From contig JAXLRA010000009.1 of the NCBI GenBank assembly GCA_046331345.1, positions 69,427-133,426 on the forward strand: a stretch of DNA of 64,000 nucleotides, in the 5' to 3' direction. Every line of letters begins with the position of its first letter. Position 1 is the first letter of the stretch. Position numbers and translations under genes: made by a program. The notes under the pieces were generated by a model, which was given only the letters and a program-made list of their open reading frames with translations, was not told the origin of the DNA and searched no databases. This document shows positions 37,313-49,194 of this stretch, piece by piece. The stretch comes from Vicinamibacterales bacterium (GTDB taxonomy: Bacteria; Acidobacteriota; Vicinamibacteria; Vicinamibacterales; CAVVIG01).

Positions 37313-38251
37313 ATGGCTGGACAGACAGGGAAGGTCGGACGTCGCGCCTTGATGAAGAGCGCGGCAATGGTCGCGGTGGCCGCAACCGCACGCGCGCAGA
37401 CGCCGGCCGCACAGGCGCCGGGCACGGAGCCGCAGACCACGCTGCAGGATATCCCCCTGACGCCGGCCAATACCGTCACGGCCGAGCGCCGGGGCGACAT
37501 CGTCCTCGTGGGGCTGAACCGTCCCGGAATCCAGAACCGGATCGATCCGCCGACGCGCCTGAAGCTCGGTGAGCTGTACTACCAGTACGAGCACGACCCG
37601 TCGCTGCGGGCGCTGGTGCTCTTCGGCCACGGGGACAACTTCTCACGCGGCATCGACGTGGACGCGTCGCAGCAGGGCATCGTGTCGGGCACCCGTGTCA
37701 CCAGCACGGCGGTCGCGCTCGACATCCTCGGCAACTCCTCCGGCCCGAAGCGGACGAAGCCGATCGTGGCGGTCGTGCACGGCGACACCTGGAACCTCGG
37801 GCACGAGATCTACCTCGCCTGCGATATCCGCATTGCGTCGGCGGACACGCGGTTCGGACAGGACGAGAACACCCATGGCCGTTTCCCCGGCGGAGGCGCC
37901 ACGGTGCGCTTCGTGCGGGAGGCCGGGTGGGGCAATGCCATGCGCTACATGCTGACGGGCGATCACTGGGATGCCCAGGAGTCGTACCGCATGGGCGTGA
38001 CGCAGCAGGTCGCGCCCAACCGGCAGGCGGCACTCGAGGCGGGCATCGCCATGGCCCGGAAGATCGCCGGGTGCGGGCCGCTGTCGATCAAGGCGACGCT
38101 CGCCTCCGCCCATCAGGTGATCGACCCGGTTGAAGCCGATGCGCTGGGCAAACTCGGGGCGCAGTACGCGGCCCTGTATCGGACCGAGGATTTCCTCGAG
38201 GGCCGGCGCGCCGAAGCGGAGAACCGGCCCCCGAGGTATCAGGGGAAGTAG
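37313..38251 (+). CDS. Crotonase-fold (enoyl-CoA hydratase/isomerase family) protein with a predicted TAT/Sec signal peptide
   Basis: GGAGGG SD. N-terminus MAGQTGKVGRRALMKSAAMVAVAATARA. Oxyanion-hole motifs FGHGDNFSRGIDVD and AVVHGDTWNLGHEIYLACDIRIA. Confidence 0.6.
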   Translation: MAGQTGKVGRRALMKSAAMVAVAATARAQTPAAQAPGTEPQTTLQDIPLTPANTVTAERRGDIVLVGLNRPGIQNRIDPPTRLKLGELYYQYEHDPSLRALVLFGHGDNFSRGIDVDASQQGIVSGTRVTSTAVALDILGNSSGPKRTKPIVAVVHGDTWNLGHEIYLACDIRIASADTRFGQDENTHGRFPGGGATVRFVREAGWGNAMRYMLTGDHWDAQESYRMGVTQQVAPNRQAALEAGIAMARKIAGCGPLSIKATLASAHQVIDPVEADALGKLGAQYAALYRTEDFLEGRRAEAENRPPRYQGK

Positions 38252-38261
38252 GGCGCCGCGA

Positions 38262-40070
38262 CTACGCGGCGTCCTCGGTGAGGAACCCGCCGGACTGGTG
38301 GGCCCAGAGCCCGGCGTAGATCCCGTGCCTGGCCAGCAGCGCATCGTGTGAGCCGCGCTCCACGATGGTGCCGCCGTCCATGATGATCAGCTCGTCCATC
38401 CGGCGCACGGTCGAGAGCCGGTGGGCGATGACGAGTGCCGTCCGCCCTTCGAGCAGCGTCAGCAACGCATCCTGGATGGCCGCCTCGCTCTCGGAGTCGA
38501 GCGCGCTGGTGGCTTCGTCCAGGATCAGGATCGGCGCATCCTTCAGGATGGCGCGCGCGATCGCAATGCGCTGGCGCTGCCCGCCAGAGAGCTTCACGCC
38601 CCGTTCGCCAACCATCGTGTCGTACGCCATCGGCAACGACTCGATGAAGCCGGCGGCGTGCGCCAGCTCCGCCGCCCTGCGCACGTCCGCGTCCGTGGCG
38701 TCCGGCCGCCCCACGCGGATGTTGTCCGCGATGGAGCGGTGGAACATCGACGGATCCTGCGGCACATACGCAATCGTGCGCCGCAGCATGGTCTGCGGCA
38801 CGGTGTCGATGGGCGTTCCGCCGATGAGAATCCGCCCGGCCTCCACGTCGGAGAACCGCAGCAGCAGCCGTGTCAGCGTGGTCTTGCCGCCGCCGGAACG
38901 CCCGACGAGTCCCAGCTTGGAACCCGACGGAATGTCGAGCGACAACCCCTCGAACAGCAGGGGCTGCGAGTCGCTGTAGCGGAAGCTCACGTTGCGCAGG
39001 GCGATGCTGTGGTCGACCGGCGTGAACGGCACCGGGTCCGGCCGATCGCTCACGACCGGCGGGTCGAGCAGCAGATCGGCGAACTGCGCCGCATCCGTCA
39101 ACGCCGTCTCCAGCACGCGGTAGATGCGGTTGAACTCCCACATCACGCGCGTGGCGGTGGAGTAGTAGCTGAACGTGATGAACACCGCCTCCAGGCTTGC
39201 CCCGGTCGTGCCGCGCGTGGCGAGCGCCGTCACCAGCCCGAGGATGTTGGTCGTGACGAACATCGAGGAGGTGACGATGTCGATGCGGAAGTTCTGGTAG
39301 TCCCAGGACCGCTTCGTCTTCGCCCCGAAGTCGCCCACGTTGGCCGCGTGGATGCGCGCTTCGTGATCCTCACGCGCGAACGCGCGGACCACTTCCGCAT
39401 TGGTGATGGAGTCCGCCAGGTGGCCAGCCAGCGTGTTCGAGGCCGCCTCGCGGATGTCCACCAGGGCCCGCCCCCGGCGCACGATCGGGATGACGATCGA
39501 CACCGTGATGACGAGCACCGAGAAGAGCACGACGATCAGCCACGGCGAGTACTGCCACAGCACCGCCGCCACGAACACCAGCGGCAGCATCGTCGGCGCA
39601 ATCATGAAGACGAGCACGTCGAACACGTCTTCGTACCGCCGCGCATAGCCGAGCGCGCGCTTGGTGAGCGAGCCGGAGAAGTTGCTCTGGAAGAACGTCA
39701 GGTCCTTCGCGAGCAGTTCGTCCATCGCCTCCAGGTACAGCGCTTCGAGGCCGCGGACCTCGACCCGCGTGATCAGGATGGTGGCGATGCGCCAGCATGC
39801 CTGCCCGGCGATCCACAGCCCGGCAAACGTCAGGATGTACGGCAGCAGGTCGGGCCACGTGAGCGTCTCGTTCCGGCCCAGCCGGCCGAGGAGCCGCGCG
39901 ATGACGAGCGGCGGCGCGTAGTGGTTCAGGATGTCCGCAATGGCCGGCAGCAGCACCGCGGCCGTGGACATGATCGGCGTCTTCCTCGCCTGGCGCCAGT
40001 ATCTGGCCAGCACCAGCCGCAGCGACGCCGTGAGGCGGCTTCCCTCCGGTGGTTTCAGTTCGGTTGTCAT
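38262..40070 (-). CDS. ABC transporter permease/ATP-binding fusion (MsbA-like exporter)
   Basis: 602 aa with six N-terminal TM helices, Walker [10 protein letters not shown], signature LSGGQRQR and Walker [13 protein letters not shown]. Confidence 0.85.
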   Translation of the reverse strand: MTTELKPPEGSRLTASLRLVLARYWRQARKTPIMSTAAVLLPAIADILNHYAPPLVIARLLGRLGRNETLTWPDLLPYILTFAGLWIAGQACWRIATILITRVEVRGLEALYLEAMDELLAKDLTFFQSNFSGSLTKRALGYARRYEDVFDVLVFMIAPTMLPLVFVAAVLWQYSPWLIVVLFSVLVITVSIVIPIVRRGRALVDIREAASNTLAGHLADSITNAEVVRAFAREDHEARIHAANVGDFGAKTKRSWDYQNFRIDIVTSSMFVTTNILGLVTALATRGTTGASLEAVFITFSYYSTATRVMWEFNRIYRVLETALTDAAQFADLLLDPPVVSDRPDPVPFTPVDHSIALRNVSFRYSDSQPLLFEGLSLDIPSGSKLGLVGRSGGGKTTLTRLLLRFSDVEAGRILIGGTPIDTVPQTMLRRTIAYVPQDPSMFHRSIADNIRVGRPDATDADVRRAAELAHAAGFIESLPMAYDTMVGERGVKLSGGQRQRIAIARAILKDAPILILDEATSALDSESEAAIQDALLTLLEGRTALVIAHRLSTVRRMDELIIMDGGTIVERGSHDALLARHGIYAGLWAHQSGGFLTEDAA

Positions 40071-40096
40071 GACTGTTCTCGAAACGATCGCGAGCC

Positions 40097-40135
40097 AAAA
40101 GAAAAAGGGCCATCACCTGCGACAGGTGATGGCCC
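40097..40135 (-). terminator. Intrinsic-terminator-like hairpin (13-bp perfect stem gggccatcacctg/caggtgatggccc followed by a U-run) in the 5' leader of the ABC exporter gene
   Basis: On the minus strand the hairpin is followed by TTTTTCTTTT, and it lies 27 nt upstream of the ATG at 40070. Candidate attenuator. Confidence 0.45.
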
Positions 40136-40287
40136 TTCGAAAAGGCCGCGTCTTGCAGACGGTTCACCTGCGCATGTGTCTATCGACATACGTGCCGGCC
40201 TGCGGCCGGACGCACGACATGACGTGGAGAATGGCGGTGAACATGGTCTTGAGAGTAGGCCACACCGTTCACGCGCGTGTCAACCTC

Positions 40288-40302
40288 CGTATCCTGGATA
40301 CG
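40288..40302. promoter_or_regulatory. Perfect palindrome CGTATCCTGGATACG (candidate operator) next to a minus-strand TTGACA at 40279..40284
   Basis: Read directly. It lies in the 290-nt divergent region between the ABC exporter and the prolyl oligopeptidase gene. Confidence 0.35.
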
Positions 40303-40360
40303 CCTCGGTCCTACAGGCGCGGCCGCACGGCCGCGCTCGGTGTGGCACCATGACCGTCAT

Positions 40361-42403
<2,043 letters not shown>

Positions 42404-42576
42404 GGCGGTCGGTTCGCCCGAACGCATCTCGCTAGCCAGCCAGTTCACTCCGGCCATCCAGCGGATCCGTCCATTCCCGATTGCCGTTCCACGAATGTGG
42501 GACGGCCGGGAGCGGCCCCTCGCGCGGCACTCCGCCGGCGAGGGCGGCCGCCGGGTCCGATCCCCGGGAGTGGACC

Positions 42577-43371
42577 ATGCCTGGATCCGTCCGTCGCTAC
42601 GCCGTGTATGCCTGTGCCGCTGTGTGCGTGCTGAGTCGCGCTGCCGCCGCGCAGGATCTCGTGACCGACCGTCCCGACTTCACCGAATCCAGCGAGGTGG
42701 TCGGCACGGGCCGCGTCCAGTTCGAAACAGGACTGTCGATCGAGGCCGACGGCCAGGGCCCCGACCACGTCCGCGACCTCACCCTCCCGTCGTCGCTCGT
42801 GAGAATCGGCCTGTCGTCGCGTGTCGAACTGCGGCTGAGCAGCGACGGGTTCACCTCGGAGCGGCAGGGGCCCACCGGCATCCGGGGGCTCTCGGACGTC
42901 GAGGTTGGCGCGAAGGTGAAACTGCTGCAACAGGATCGGGCCGGCTTCGACATGGCGATCATCCCCATGGCGTCGCTGCCGACGGGCGCGGCCTCGTTCT
43001 CCGAAGGTGTGGTGGTCCCGACGCTGAAGCTGACCTGGGCACGCTCGCTGCCCGCCGGCGTCGACCTGAGCGGCAACTACAACATGACCTCGGCGCCGGA
43101 CCAGGACGGGCGCTACCTGCAGCAGGCCGTGAGCCTCTCGATGGCGCATGACCTGCCGCGTGGCTTCGGCGGCTACTTCGAGGCGTACGGCTTCACGCCG
43201 ATGGGACCGGGACAGGCCAGCGGGTGGACGCTCAATGGAGGCGTCTCGCACGCACTCGGCGCGAATGCGCAGCTGGATGTCGAAGCGGGCCGCGGCGTCA
43301 CCGCGGACGCGCCGGACTGGTTCGTCGGCTTCGGGTTTGCCGTGCGCGGGTGGTTCCGCGGGCGCCCCTGA
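42577..43371 (+). CDS. Putative outer-membrane beta-barrel transporter (MetA-pathway/phenol-degradation-like family)
   Basis: GGGAGTGG SD. Signal peptide MPGSVRRYAVYACAAVCVLSRAAAA. Alternating beta-strand pattern. The family assignment is tentative. Confidence 0.4.
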   Translation: MPGSVRRYAVYACAAVCVLSRAAAAQDLVTDRPDFTESSEVVGTGRVQFETGLSIEADGQGPDHVRDLTLPSSLVRIGLSSRVELRLSSDGFTSERQGPTGIRGLSDVEVGAKVKLLQQDRAGFDMAIIPMASLPTGAASFSEGVVVPTLKLTWARSLPAGVDLSGNYNMTSAPDQDGRYLQQAVSLSMAHDLPRGFGGYFEAYGFTPMGPGQASGWTLNGGVSHALGANAQLDVEAGRGVTADAPDWFVGFGFAVRGWFRGRP

Positions 43372-43520
43372 CGGCCCGCAGGCATGGCGCTGGCACCTCG
43401 GGCGTCGGCCCGGGGCGCCAGCGGCCGCGTGCACGAGCTGGCGAGCCCCTCCACAAGTCGACGCCAGACGCGGTAGACTCTCTGGTGCCTGTGGTCCGTG
43501 CTTCGGGGGAGCGTTACATC

Positions 43521-44003
43521 GTGCGGAGAGCGTCGAGTCTGGCAGCGATTGCGGTAGCAGCGGTACTGTGTGCGGCGTCCGGTGCCCGCGTCGAGGGTCG
43601 CCCGGCCATTGCGGTCGAGCCGTTCCGGTTCGTCCCGACCGGTCTGGTGCTCGCCGAGGGAAGCCCGGTCGAGCACGGCAAGTACCTGGTCGAGCATGTC
43701 GCACGGTGCCCGGAGTGCCACACGCCCCGCACCGAGTCCGGTGAACTGGATCGCTCGAAGTGGATGAAGGGCGCCATGGTGGCGGCGCTGCCGATGCGCT
43801 CGCCCAACGACTGGCGCAAGCGGACGCCGGATCTGTCGTCCACCAGCCCGCTGTGGATCCGCTGGGGGCAGGACGGGGTCGCCCGGTTCCTGCAGACCGC
43901 CCGCAGCCCGCATGGCAGCCCGGCCGAACCGCCGATGCCGGCGTTCACCCTCGCCGCGCCGGACGCCGAGGCGATCGTCGCCTACCTGCGCACACTGCCG
44001 TAG
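43521..44003 (+). CDS. Monoheme c-type cytochrome (CPECH), secreted
   Basis: GTG start with GGGGGA 10 nt upstream. Signal peptide VRRASSLAAIAVAAVLCAASGA. One CxxCH. Confidence 0.55.
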   Translation: MRRASSLAAIAVAAVLCAASGARVEGRPAIAVEPFRFVPTGLVLAEGSPVEHGKYLVEHVARCPECHTPRTESGELDRSKWMKGAMVAALPMRSPNDWRKRTPDLSSTSPLWIRWGQDGVARFLQTARSPHGSPAEPPMPAFTLAAPDAEAIVAYLRTLP

Positions 44004-44068
44004 TTCGCACCGGCCAGGACGGCTGACAACCGCTCCACCACGGTGGACCTGAGGATGCGCCTTCTACG

Positions 44069-44800
44069 CTAGCGGCTCACGGCGTCTGCCAGCGCGAGCG
44101 CGTCGACGAACGCCGGCACATCCTCGAACTCCCAGTCGGCGTGGGCGCGGCGTTCCTCGATGACATGCGGCCACCACTGGCCGACCAGCCGCGTCACCAG
44201 TACCGTGCCGATGCCGAGCGCCCGCGCACCTCGATGTTCACTGCTGCCGCCGTCGCCGACGAAGAGCGCGTCTGCTGGCGCCACACCCAGCGTGTCCAGC
44301 GCGTGCCGGTAGATGCGGGCATCGGGTTTCCGCATCCGTAGCGCGTACGAGAAGCAGGTGACGTCGAACCGTTCCCGCAGCGGCGACTCCTCCCAGCACT
44401 CCACATCGTCGGCGCCCGCGTCCGAGATGAGCGCGGTGCGAATGCCCGCGGCGCGCACGCGGTCGATGGCGTCGAGCACCGCGGGATCGACCTGGATCAG
44501 CGCGACTTCCAGCCGGCGCCGACGGCTTTCCACGGCTCGATGGATGCGGTCGTGCCCAACCGTCGCGTCGAGCAGGTGGGTGACCCGCCGCATCGCCTCG
44601 ACTGCATCCGTCACGTCGCCGAGCGCGCGTCCGCACACATCCTCCTGATAGAAGAGCCGCTCCCACTCCTTCGGCGGCACCCCGAGGATCTGCCCGATGG
44701 AGTCGAACCCCATCGACTCCGGGGTCGGGATGCTCACGAGCGTGTGGAACAGGTCGAAGAGCACGGCGCGGGGCAGGGGCAGCGGGCGCGGTTGGGACAC
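44069..44800 (-). CDS. HAD-superfamily hydrolase
   Basis: Motif I at the N-terminus (AVLFDLFHTL), motif III K, and motif IV (FVGDGGSSE). Confidence 0.7.
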   Translation of the reverse strand: MSQPRPLPLPRAVLFDLFHTLVSIPTPESMGFDSIGQILGVPPKEWERLFYQEDVCGRALGDVTDAVEAMRRVTHLLDATVGHDRIHRAVESRRRRLEVALIQVDPAVLDAIDRVRAAGIRTALISDAGADDVECWEESPLRERFDVTCFSYALRMRKPDARIYRHALDTLGVAPADALFVGDGGSSEHRGARALGIGTVLVTRLVGQWWPHVIEERRAHADWEFEDVPAFVDALALADAVSR

Positions 44801-44901
44801 GCCGCTGATTGTACGCGCGCTCTCAGGGCGTGCCGGCCGTGCCCGCAGGGCGTCGTACGTAGCGCCACACTTCAGTGTGGCGAGACTACAATCGAGGACA
44901 C

Positions 44902-46707
44902 ATGAAACTGCTCGTCTCCTACCTGAAGGGCTACTGGACCCTGGTGGTCTTCGCGCTCGTGCTCGCGGCGATCAACCAGGTCTTCTCACTGCTGGATCCG
45001 CTGATCTTCCGCCACGTGATCGACGAGTACGCAACGCGCTTCTCGGAGTACACGACCGGCGAGTTCTTCCGCGGCGTGAGCGTGCTCCTCGCGGCCGCCG
45101 TCGGCGTCGCGTTCGTCTCGCGCGTGGCGAAGAACTTCCAGGACTACTTCATCAACGTGATCACCCAGCGGCTTGGCGCGCAGATCTATGCGGACGGCAT
45201 CCGTCACTCGCTGGAGCTGCCGTACTCGGTGTTCGAGGATCAGCGGAGCGGCGAAACGCTCGGCAAGCTGCAGAAGGTGCGCACGGACGTCGAGAAGCTC
45301 ATCTCGGCCTCGATCAACATCCTGTTCACGTCGCTGGTCGGGATCATCTTCGTGATGGCGTACGCCTTCAGCGTGCACTGGCTGATTGCGCCGATCTACT
45401 TCCTCACGGTGCCCGCGCTCGGCTTCCTCAGCTCGGTCCTGAGCCGGAAGATCAAGACGATCCAGAAGGTGATCGTCGCAGAGACGACGGCGCTCGCCGG
45501 TGCGACGACCGAGTCGCTGCGCAACATCGAGCTGGTCAAGAGCCTCGGCCTCGCGCCGCAGGAGATCGCCCGCCTGAACAGCACCACCGACAAGATCCTC
45601 CAGCTCGAACTGAAGAAGGTGCGCTACATCCGGAGCCTGAGCTTCATCCAGGGCACGGTGGTGAACTTCCTGCGCACGAGCATCATGTTCCTGATGCTCT
45701 ACCTGATCTTCACGCGCGCCATCACGGTGGGGCAGTTCTTCTCGCTCTTCATCTACTCGTTCTTCATCTTCGGGCCGCTGCAGGAACTCGGGAACATCAT
45801 CAACATCTACCGCGAAGCCGAGGTGTCGCTGAAGAACTTCCAGGACATCCTCGACATGAAGAAGGAGCCGCGTCCCGACCAGCCGGTGGCGCTGCCGGCG
45901 CTCGAGACGCTCACCTTCGCGCATGTCGGCTTCCAGCACCAGAGCGCGTCGTCGCCCGCCCTCACCGATATCTCGTTCGAGGTGCGGCGCGGCGACACCA
46001 TCGCCTTCGTCGGCCCGTCAGGCGCCGGAAAGACGACGCTGGTGAAGCTGCTGGTGGGACTGTATCCGCCGCAGTCCGGCGACATCCTGTACAACGGGCA
46101 CTCGGCGTCCACGGTGGACCTGAACCAGCTGCGCGAGCGCATCGGCTTCGTCACCCAGGACACGCAGCTGTTCTCGGGCACGATCCGCGAGAACCTGCTC
46201 TTCGTGAATCCATCGGCGACCGACGCGGAATGCCTCGACGTGCTGCGCAAGGCAGCGTGCCACACGCTGCTCGCCCGCGCGCAGAACGGGCTCGACACCG
46301 TGATTGGCGAAGGGGGCGTGAAGGTGTCGGGCGGCGAGAAGCAGCGACTGTCCATCGCCCGCGCCCTCCTGCGTCGCCCGCACCTGCTCGTGTTCGACGA
46401 GGCGACCTCATCCCTCGACTCGCTGACCGAGGAGGAAATCGGCCAGACCATCCGCGAGGTCGGCGCGAGCCAGGATGTAATGACGATCCTCATCGCGCAC
46501 CGGCTCTCGACCATCATGCACGCGGACCGCATCTTCGTGCTGGAGCGCGGCTCCATCGTGGAAGCCGGGTCGCACGAGGAGCTGCTGGCCGAGAAGGGCC
46601 TCTACTACGCGATGTGGCGCCAGCAGATCGGCGAGCGCCGGCCGCTGGGCGCGCCGGCGGTGGGTGGGCCTGCGGCCCCGCGGACCCCGGCAGTCGCGCG
46701 GGCGTGA
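44902..46707 (+). CDS. ABC transporter permease/ATP-binding fusion (exporter)
   Basis: GAGGA SD. TM domain, then Walker A GPSGAGKTT, signature VSGGEKQR and Walker B LLVFDEATSSLD. Confidence 0.85.
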   Translation: MKLLVSYLKGYWTLVVFALVLAAINQVFSLLDPLIFRHVIDEYATRFSEYTTGEFFRGVSVLLAAAVGVAFVSRVAKNFQDYFINVITQRLGAQIYADGIRHSLELPYSVFEDQRSGETLGKLQKVRTDVEKLISASINILFTSLVGIIFVMAYAFSVHWLIAPIYFLTVPALGFLSSVLSRKIKTIQKVIVAETTALAGATTESLRNIELVKSLGLAPQEIARLNSTTDKILQLELKKVRYIRSLSFIQGTVVNFLRTSIMFLMLYLIFTRAITVGQFFSLFIYSFFIFGPLQELGNIINIYREAEVSLKNFQDILDMKKEPRPDQPVALPALETLTFAHVGFQHQSASSPALTDISFEVRRGDTIAFVGPSGAGKTTLVKLLVGLYPPQSGDILYNGHSASTVDLNQLRERIGFVTQDTQLFSGTIRENLLFVNPSATDAECLDVLRKAACHTLLARAQNGLDTVIGEGGVKVSGGEKQRLSIARALLRRPHLLVFDEATSSLDSLTEEEIGQTIREVGASQDVMTILIAHRLSTIMHADRIFVLERGSIVEAGSHEELLAEKGLYYAMWRQQIGERRPLGAPAVGGPAAPRTPAVARA

Positions 46708-46715
46708 GCCTCGCA

Positions 46716-48173
46716 TCACTTCGCGCTGCACATGAAGACGCTCAGGTAGTACACCGTCTTCGTTCCTGAGCGCTGCTCGCCAAGGGTGAGCTGCCCGCTC
46801 GCCGCCGCGAAGGCCCGCAGCGCCGCGGACTGGCGTTCTTCGCCCTGCTCCGCCCGGACCTCGTCGGTCGAGACCCGGTAGCCGTCGCGGGCGTTGACCG
46901 CGGGCGTGAGTGCCCGCAGGCGCACCCGACCGACAGGGAAGGCGAGGCTGTTCGGGATGGGCCCTCCGCGTTCGACCTGCCGGCCGCGCTCGGCGGTCAG
47001 GAGGTTGACGAGGCTCTGGGCGCGGGTCCGGTTCGGCTCACCGCCGCTCTCACACCAGAACACGTCGATGTCCCAGCCCAGATCGACGTAGGCCTGACGC
47101 ACCGCCGCCTGCACCGCGCTCTGCGCTGGCGTCTGCGCGCCATCGGGCGTCGCCACCGGGGGCACGTACGTGGGCTCGGGCGCGGCGGTGATGGCCGACG
47201 GGGGCGGAGCGCCCCCTGCAGCGCCGGAGCGGCCGCCGCTCGACGGGGCCGGCGCGGGCAGGGGCCGGGGCGCCGTTGGTGGGGCGGGCCGTCCCGCCGC
47301 GTTGGCCTGAGCGGTCGGGAGAATCGCGCGCAGGCTCGTGGCCGCGTTCTCCACGTCCTGCGTCTTCGCCTCGAGCTGCAGCTGGGCCTCGTGCAGTTCG
47401 TCGGTCAGCGCATCGAGCTGTGCCTGCTGCCGCCAGAGGTAGACACCGGCGGCTGCCGCGACGATGAGGAGCAGGATGGCCAGCCCCCCGGCGATCTTCG
47501 TGCGGCGCCCGAGTTCGTTGAGCGTGGCCTGCCGCTCGGCCAGACGCGCCTGCTCCGCGCTGGTGCGCAGCTGCTCGGCGGCGTCGCTCTCGTTGATGTA
47601 GTCGCGATGGAACTGCGTGGGCTCGGGCGCACCGGGCTTCCACGCCTTCAGCCAGGCCTGCGCGGCCTTCAGGTCTGTCCCGCGCAGCAGCAGATCCTCT
47701 GGACGATCCCGCTGATGCCACCGCAGGGCATCGTCGGCCAGCCGCGTGTGTTCGCGCACCCAGGCGAGGTCGGTCCGCAGCGCCGACGCCAGCTCGCGCA
47801 GGGAGGCGCCGTAGCTGTGCCCCTTCGAGAAGAAGACGTAGTTCAGGCGCCGGAGCGGCTCGGGGGTGTCGGCCTCCGGCACGTCGATGGCCACGACCGG
47901 AATGACGCGCTTCGAGAGCGTTTCGGCCTGCTTGATCTCCCAGGCACAGCGCTCGGACCGCACCGACGCCGGCGTGAGCACGTAGACGACCGTGTCGGCC
48001 TGCTGCAGGAGGTTGACGAGGCGAGCCTCCCAGTCCTCACCGCCGCCGATGTCATGACGATCGAGGAACGGGTCGAACCCCGCCGCCTCGAGGCCAGCCA
48101 TCAGTTCCTCGGCGAAGGCGCTCCCGTCGCTCCGGGCGTAGGAGATGAATACGCGCAGGCTCGTGTCGGCCAT
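46716..48173 (-). CDS. TIR-domain protein with a central TM helix, coiled coil, Pro-rich linker and a C-terminal domain of unknown function
   Basis: N-terminus RVFISYARSD...YVLTPASVRSERCAWEIKQA (TIR beta-A and alpha-C/Glu region). TM IAGGLAILLLIVAAAAGVYLW. LHEAQLQLEAK coiled coil. Confidence 0.7.
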   Translation of the reverse strand: MADTSLRVFISYARSDGSAFAEELMAGLEAAGFDPFLDRHDIGGGEDWEARLVNLLQQADTVVYVLTPASVRSERCAWEIKQAETLSKRVIPVVAIDVPEADTPEPLRRLNYVFFSKGHSYGASLRELASALRTDLAWVREHTRLADDALRWHQRDRPEDLLLRGTDLKAAQAWLKAWKPGAPEPTQFHRDYINESDAAEQLRTSAEQARLAERQATLNELGRRTKIAGGLAILLLIVAAAAGVYLWRQQAQLDALTDELHEAQLQLEAKTQDVENAATSLRAILPTAQANAAGRPAPPTAPRPLPAPAPSSGGRSGAAGGAPPPSAITAAPEPTYVPPVATPDGAQTPAQSAVQAAVRQAYVDLGWDIDVFWCESGGEPNRTRAQSLVNLLTAERGRQVERGGPIPNSLAFPVGRVRLRALTPAVNARDGYRVSTDEVRAEQGEERQSAALRAFAAASGQLTLGEQRSGTKTVYYLSVFMCSAK

Positions 48174-48243
48174 CGTCTGTCCGGGACAGCTTAGCGCGGC
48201 TCGCGGTGAACTGTGTGCGCGAACTGACGGACGCGACCGCGCG

Positions 48244-49038
48244 TCACTTCGGCTTCAGCGACTTGTAGTACGCCTCGATCGGCTGGAACGGACCGAGTTT
48301 GTGCTGCTCTTCGGGGAACGTGTCTGCGAACGGGCCGTAGGGATTGTCGACCGGCTTCGTCGTGCGGTCCGGGTAGTCGCGCTCCAGGTTCGGCATCTGG
48401 GGCCGCGGCTGGACGTTGATGAACGCGGCCACGTCGAAGGCCTCGTCGTCGGTGAGCGTCGCTTCACCGAGCGGCATGCGCGCCTTGATGAACCGGGCGG
48501 CGGTGAGGACGCGGTGCAGGCCGGCGCCGTCGTTGAACGAATCGGGTCCCCACAGCGGCGGGAAGAGGTAGCCCTTGCGCCGGTCTTCCGCGGCCAGGCG
48601 GCCCTGGCCGTTGACGCCGTGGCACACCGTGCACCGGCTCTCGAACACCTGGCGTCCGTGCTCGGGGTCCGCGGCACGTGCAGGCGTCTTGAACGCCGCT
48701 GGCTCCGAGGGTTTGCGGCCCGTGGCACCTGTGGCCGTGTACTGTGCGTTGAGGCTGCGCAGGTAGGACGCGATGGCGATCATCTCCGGGCTGCCCATCG
48801 GCAGCGGCTTGCCGTTCATGCTCCGCTGCATGCACTCGTTGATGCGGTCCTCGATGTCGGTCATCACGCCCGCACGGCCGGAGAAGCGCGGGTAGTGGTC
48901 GTCGGTCTGCTGCAGCGTGAGCGTGCCCGGTTCGCCGCCCGCTTCCAGGTGGCACGAGCCGCAGTTCAGGCGGCTGTTGATGTACTGCAGGCTCGCGTCG
49001 GGCTGGTCCGGTCCGAGCAGTTCGGCCGTGTGAGCCAC
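48244..49038 (-). CDS. Diheme c-type cytochrome (CGSCH, CTVCH; TsdA/SoxA-like fold possible). The true start is probably the ATG at 49198 in the +1 frame, so the gene is frameshifted or has a sequencing error
   Basis: The in-frame upstream sequence encodes a signal anchor (GFGLFIGAGAVAGIAVLAVGLFAASGL) but has no start codon. The ATG with an SD at 49198 is in another frame. See the finding for 49171..49198. Confidence 0.6.
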   Translation of the reverse strand: MAHTAELLGPDQPDASLQYINSRLNCGSCHLEAGGEPGTLTLQQTDDHYPRFSGRAGVMTDIEDRINECMQRSMNGKPLPMGSPEMIAIASYLRSLNAQYTATGATGRKPSEPAAFKTPARAADPEHGRQVFESRCTVCHGVNGQGRLAAEDRRKGYLFPPLWGPDSFNDGAGLHRVLTAARFIKARMPLGEATLTDDEAFDVAAFINVQPRPQMPNLERDYPDRTTKPVDNPYGPFADTFPEEQHKLGPFQPIEAYYKSLKPK

Positions 49039-49194
49039 CAGCCGTCGTCCGTATTCCTCGGTGGCGTGGGAGGGCGTGGATCGGTCGGCACTCCGTGCGC
49101 GAAGACCCGAGGCGGCGAACAGGCCGACGGCCAGTACCGCAATCCCGGCGACGGCGCCGGCGCCGATGAACAGGCCGAAGCCCCTTCTGCTCGG

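Noticed and set aside
35120-37630. Minus-strand ORFs 35120..36100 and 36215..37630 inside or after the TonB receptor gene
   Set aside because: Antisense. The TonB receptor has a signal peptide, plug and C-terminal Phe.
42445-43913. Minus-strand ORFs 42445..43704 and 43173..43913
   Set aside because: They are antisense to the outer-membrane transporter-like and cytochrome c genes. Arg-rich.
44697-46769. 690-aa plus-strand ORF and 44986..45939 (-) around the second ABC exporter
   Set aside because: Off-frame or antisense relative to the ABC exporter (Walker A/B and signature are in the chosen frame).
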